DNA from: an uncultured delta proteobacterium
Lineage (GTDB): Bacteria > Desulfobacterota > Binatia > Binatales > Binataceae
Direction: 5' to 3'
Assembly: GCA_963765675.1 (NCBI GenBank)
Contig: CAVXXK010000001.1
Span: 896,001 to 960,000 of the forward strand
DNA length: 64,000 bases
The notes below the pieces were generated by a model. The model was given only the letters and a program-made list of their open reading frames with translations. It was not told where the DNA came from and searched no databases. Every line of letters starts with the position of its first letter. Position 1 is the stretch's first letter. Made by a program: the position numbers and the translations under genes. Positions 60,768-64,000 of the stretch are shown here, piece after piece.

Positions 60768-61723
60768 GCGACCTCAAACCCGAGGCAAACGGCGCCCTGC
60801 GCGAATTTGGAACAGCTAATAAGGTGGCAGGGTCGAAGGGAAAATTATCGGTCGCACTGCATATTACGCGTTTAGCGATCGAGAAAGGTCTTCCGATCGA
60901 TTCGAAAGAGTTAATAACTGAAGGGAAGGGTCAGCTCAAGGGTATTGGCGCTCCGCGGATCAAAGGAATTCTGGCGGACTATGGCATCACGCAACGCCTC
61001 GCATCAGAAGCCGGTAGGACGAGCCGCGGTAGTTTGGGCTTCGGTACAGACTATGCGCAGGTGCTGAACACCCTTAAGCAGCGTGGAATAATCCACGAAG
61101 AGGATCTTGGGGTCGTCGAGAAATGGTGGATCGAGAAGGTGAAGGAATATTTTGAAGCCCAGCCTTTCAAATTGAAGTTTGATACGACAGCCTCCCTTCG
61201 TACCGCCGTATTAAGTCTCCTTAAGCAGGCACAGCAGAGGCAGCAGCAAAATCCCGGCACTCATTATGTGGGAATCGTGCTGCAACACCTAGTTGGGGCA
61301 AAGCTCGCTCTTGCGCTACCAAAAGAGAAAATGGAGTTTCGGTCCGCCTCCACGGCTGACGAACCTGGAGCATTCGGCGGAGACTATGAGCTAGGAGATT
61401 CAATAATACACGTCACGACGGCTCCCTCGCAGAGTCTTCTGCGCAAATGCGCGGAAAATCTATCGGTCAGTAAACGCCCTATAATAGTTACTATAAGAGA
61501 CGGCGTACCCGCGGTTGCAAATCAAGCTAAGGTAGTAGACTTAGACGATTCCCGCGTCGAGGTGTTTGAAGCCGAACAATTCCTAGTGATGAACATTTGC
61601 GAGCTCGGGCAATTCTCAAACAAAAAAATTCAGACGTCCCTACAGGATCTGGTAGCTAGGTACAACAAGATTGTTGAGGCGAACGAGACCGATGCTAGCC
61701 TGCGAATCGAAATAGGTTCCTGA
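60764..61723 (+). CDS. DUF4928 family protein (putative restriction endonuclease partner)
   Basis: KGxLSVAL, EAGRTSRGS, LQHLVGAKL, AD...GD...IHVT motifs; ATGA overlap with the MTase. Confidence 0.75.
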   Translation: MSDLKPEANGALREFGTANKVAGSKGKLSVALHITRLAIEKGLPIDSKELITEGKGQLKGIGAPRIKGILADYGITQRLASEAGRTSRGSLGFGTDYAQVLNTLKQRGIIHEEDLGVVEKWWIEKVKEYFEAQPFKLKFDTTASLRTAVLSLLKQAQQRQQQNPGTHYVGIVLQHLVGAKLALALPKEKMEFRSASTADEPGAFGGDYELGDSIIHVTTAPSQSLLRKCAENLSVSKRPIIVTIRDGVPAVANQAKVVDLDDSRVEVFEAEQFLVMNICELGQFSNKKIQTSLQDLVARYNKIVEANETDASLRIEIGS

Positions 61724-61731
61724 TTTCCGTC

Positions 61732-62187
61732 ATGGATGTTTTCACACCCAGAGTACGAAGCGCCATCATGGCAAGCGTTCGCTCGCAGGACATGAAGCCT
61801 GAACTCACGGTTCGGCGATTGGCGCATCGTTTGGGTTACCGTTTCCGCCTGCATCGACGTACGCTGCCGGGGACACCTGATCTAGTATTTCCATCGCGCC
61901 GCCGCGTCATCTTCGTCAATGGTTGCTTCTGGCATGGCCATCATTGTGCGCGCGGAGCACGACTACCAAGGAGCAATCGCGAATACTGGATGCGCAAGAT
62001 TACCACCAACAAACGGCGCGACCGCGAAACCCTAAGGAAACTTCATTCGTTTGGATGGAGCACCTTAATCGTTTGGGAATGCCAGCTGCGCGATCACGCG
62101 AAGGTGAATCAGAGACTCAGAGTCTTTCTCGGTGATCGCGGATATGTGTCGCCAGTCATTGACCCGACGACGAATCGTAGGCAGTAA
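61732..62187 (+). CDS. vsr: Very short patch repair endonuclease
   Basis: RS..MA.VRS.DMKPE, LPGTPDLV, GCFWHGH and VWEC. Confidence 0.93.
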   Translation: MDVFTPRVRSAIMASVRSQDMKPELTVRRLAHRLGYRFRLHRRTLPGTPDLVFPSRRRVIFVNGCFWHGHHCARGARLPRSNREYWMRKITTNKRRDRETLRKLHSFGWSTLIVWECQLRDHAKVNQRLRVFLGDRGYVSPVIDPTTNRRQ

Positions 62188-62281
62188 GTCGGTGCCGGTG
62201 CCGAAGCCGTTCGGACCGCTAGAAGAAAGCTTTTACTCGATACTCAATGATGTGTTGTTCGCCAGCCTTGCGGAGATTTCC

Positions 62282-62357
62282 TGATCCACCCGACTCGTAG
62301 AGGTTGTGTTGATCGATCAGGCGCCTTCTATTCCGGCGCGCGGGCTCCGAGCATGTC
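62282..62357 (-). pseudogene. Diverged copy of the 3' region of the HAD gene
   Basis: Aligns with 63504-63580, with exact GGTTGTGTTGATCGATCAGGCG and CCGAGCATGTC. Confidence 0.8.
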
Positions 62358-62377
62358 TCGCGCGCTATCGCTCCAGT

Positions 62378-63415
62378 TCAGAGGTCGCGCGCGTACGCTA
62401 GGGGGTCGCGATAGGCGTCGAAGATTTGGCGTAGCGCGTCGGGCATGGAAACCACCGGGGCCCAGTTCAGATCGGCCATCGTGTTCTCGATCTTCGGCAC
62501 GCGGTTCTGCACGTCCTGGTAGCCGCTGCCGTAATACGCGTCCGAGGTCGTCGTGATCAGTTCCACCTTCTTTGCGTTGTCGCGGTATTCGTCGTATTCG
62601 GCCGCCAGCGCCAGCATCATCTGGGCGAGCTCGCGGATCGAGAAATTATTGACCGGATTGCCGATATTGTAGATTTGACGCGTCGCGCGGCCTCCGGGGT
62701 TCTCGATGATGCGCATCAGCGCAGCGATGCCGTCGTCCACGTAGGTGAACGCGCGCTTCTGCTGACCGCCGTCGACCAGCTTGATCGGTTCGCCGCGCAC
62801 GATGTGGCCGAGGAACTGAGTAATGACGCGGCTGGAACCTTCCTTCGCGGTGTGGATGCTGTCGAGGCCGGCGCCGATCCAGTTGAAGGGACGGAACAAG
62901 GTGTAGTCGAGGCCCTCGCTCATCCCATAGGCGTGGATAACCCGGTCCATCAACTGTTTCGAGCAGGCATAGATCCAGCGCGGCTTGTTGATCGGACCGT
63001 AGATCATCTCGGACGCTTCCGAGTCGAACTCGCTGTCGCGGCACATCCCATACACTTCGCTGGTCGAGGGGAACAGGACGCGCTTCTTGTGCTTTACGCA
63101 TTGGCGCACGATCGGCAGGTTGGCTTCAAAATCCAGCTCGAACACACGCAGCGGGTCCTTCACGTAGCTGGCCGGAGTGGCTATTGCCACCAGCGGGATG
63201 ATCACGTCGCACTTGCGCACGTGATACTCGATCCATTCCTTGTTGATCGTGATGTCGCCTTCGAAGAAATGGAAGCGCGGATTATCCAGCCACTCGCTCA
63301 CGCGGTCGGTGCTCATGTCCATGCCGTAGACCTGCCAATCGGTGGTTTCGATGATGCGCTTGGTCAGGTGATGGCCAATGAAGCCGTTGACGCCGAGAAT
63401 CAGGATCTTTTTCAT
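62378..63415 (-). CDS. UDP-glucuronate decarboxylase (stand-alone ArnA C-terminal-like UDP-4-keto-pentose/UDP-xylose synthase)
   Basis: ILGVNGFIG, PLRVFELDFE, STSEVYG and RWIYACSKQL. Confidence 0.92.
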   Translation of the reverse strand: MKKILILGVNGFIGHHLTKRIIETTDWQVYGMDMSTDRVSEWLDNPRFHFFEGDITINKEWIEYHVRKCDVIIPLVAIATPASYVKDPLRVFELDFEANLPIVRQCVKHKKRVLFPSTSEVYGMCRDSEFDSEASEMIYGPINKPRWIYACSKQLMDRVIHAYGMSEGLDYTLFRPFNWIGAGLDSIHTAKEGSSRVITQFLGHIVRGEPIKLVDGGQQKRAFTYVDDGIAALMRIIENPGGRATRQIYNIGNPVNNFSIRELAQMMLALAAEYDEYRDNAKKVELITTTSDAYYGSGYQDVQNRVPKIENTMADLNWAPVVSMPDALRQIFDAYRDPLAYARDL

Positions 63416-63448
63416 CAGGAGCTTCCTGCCACCGCTTCGCGGCGGCGT

Positions 63449-64000
63449 TCAATTGGTATCGATCGAAATCTTGTGCAGCTCGCGGACGTGGGTAATCTTC
63501 GGATGATCGACCCAGTCGTAGCGGTTGTGTTGATCGATCAGGCGGCCTTCGATTCCTGCGGCGCGCGCGCCGAGCATGTCGATCGAGTAGATGTCGCCCG
63601 CGTAGCGCGCTTCATCGGGCGCGACGCCCAGACGCTCCAGCGCGATCTGGAAAATCCGCGGGTCGGGTTTCGCCACGCCTACGATGTGGGAATCGATTAT
63701 CGTGTCGAAAAATTCCGCGAGGCCGAAGCGCTTCGCGTCGCCTTCGACCTGACCCTCGGCGTTGGACACGATCGCGAGCTTGTAGCCCGCGCGCTTTAAG
63801 CGCTCGAGCGCCTCATGCGTGCCCGGCCGGACGACGCGCCATAACGTCGCCTCGCGATGAATCTTCTGGAAATGCTCGCCGCATTCGCGAATCTCTTCTT
63901 CAGGAATTCCCGCCGCACCCAGCCATTCGCGAAAAAATTCCTCGTAACCGGAATTTACGTCGCGCTCGCGCCCGCTCATCAGGTAGCGATCGATCATCGC
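63449..64000 (-). CDS. HAD family hydrolase (5' end beyond window)
   Basis: VSNAEG, KPDPRIF and GDIYSID motifs. Confidence 0.88.
   Translation of the reverse strand, partial: AMIDRYLMSGRERDVNSGYEEFFREWLGAAGIPEEEIRECGEHFQKIHREATLWRVVRPGTHEALERLKRAGYKLAIVSNAEGQVEGDAKRFGLAEFFDTIIDSHIVGVAKPDPRIFQIALERLGVAPDEARYAGDIYSIDMLGARAAGIEGRLIDQHNRYDWVDHPKITHVRELHKISIDTN

Noticed and set aside
1-64000. tRNA, rRNA, prophage
   Set aside because: No cloverleaf or rRNA signatures and no phage structural genes recognised by eye.

Overview
High-GC bacterial chromosome segment close to the replication origin. It carries parB-parA-rsmG-mnmG-mnmE, rpmH-rnpA-yidD-yidC-jag and three parS palindromes, but no dnaA. 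Tandem DUF1329 genes, several LLM oxidoreductases and WS/DGAT are suggestive of Candidatus Binatota (inference only). Core genes (pyrD, thyX, ddl, guaB, rdgB-like, pcp) and an Rrf2-yezD-porin-sbp-cysTWA sulfate locus alternate with accessory DNA. That DNA includes a REP-associated tyrosine transposase (RAYT), at least six palindromic repeat families, a HEPN gene, a frameshifted DUF262 gene, a RelE/HTH TA pair and a dcm-DUF4928-vsr module. The most unusual structure lies beside the RAYT: three tandem units (17301-23458) start with the same 148-bp head and end with the same REP plus gene-3'-end tail, yet carry different payload genes. In two units the payload joins the head at the identical nucleotide. 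Similar diverged copies of a neighbouring gene's 3' end bound accessory DNA at parB and at a HAD gene, suggesting repeated anchored cassette capture. A leaderless uORF spanning a terminator precedes guaB. All calls come from reading the sequence by eye; no database searches were run.
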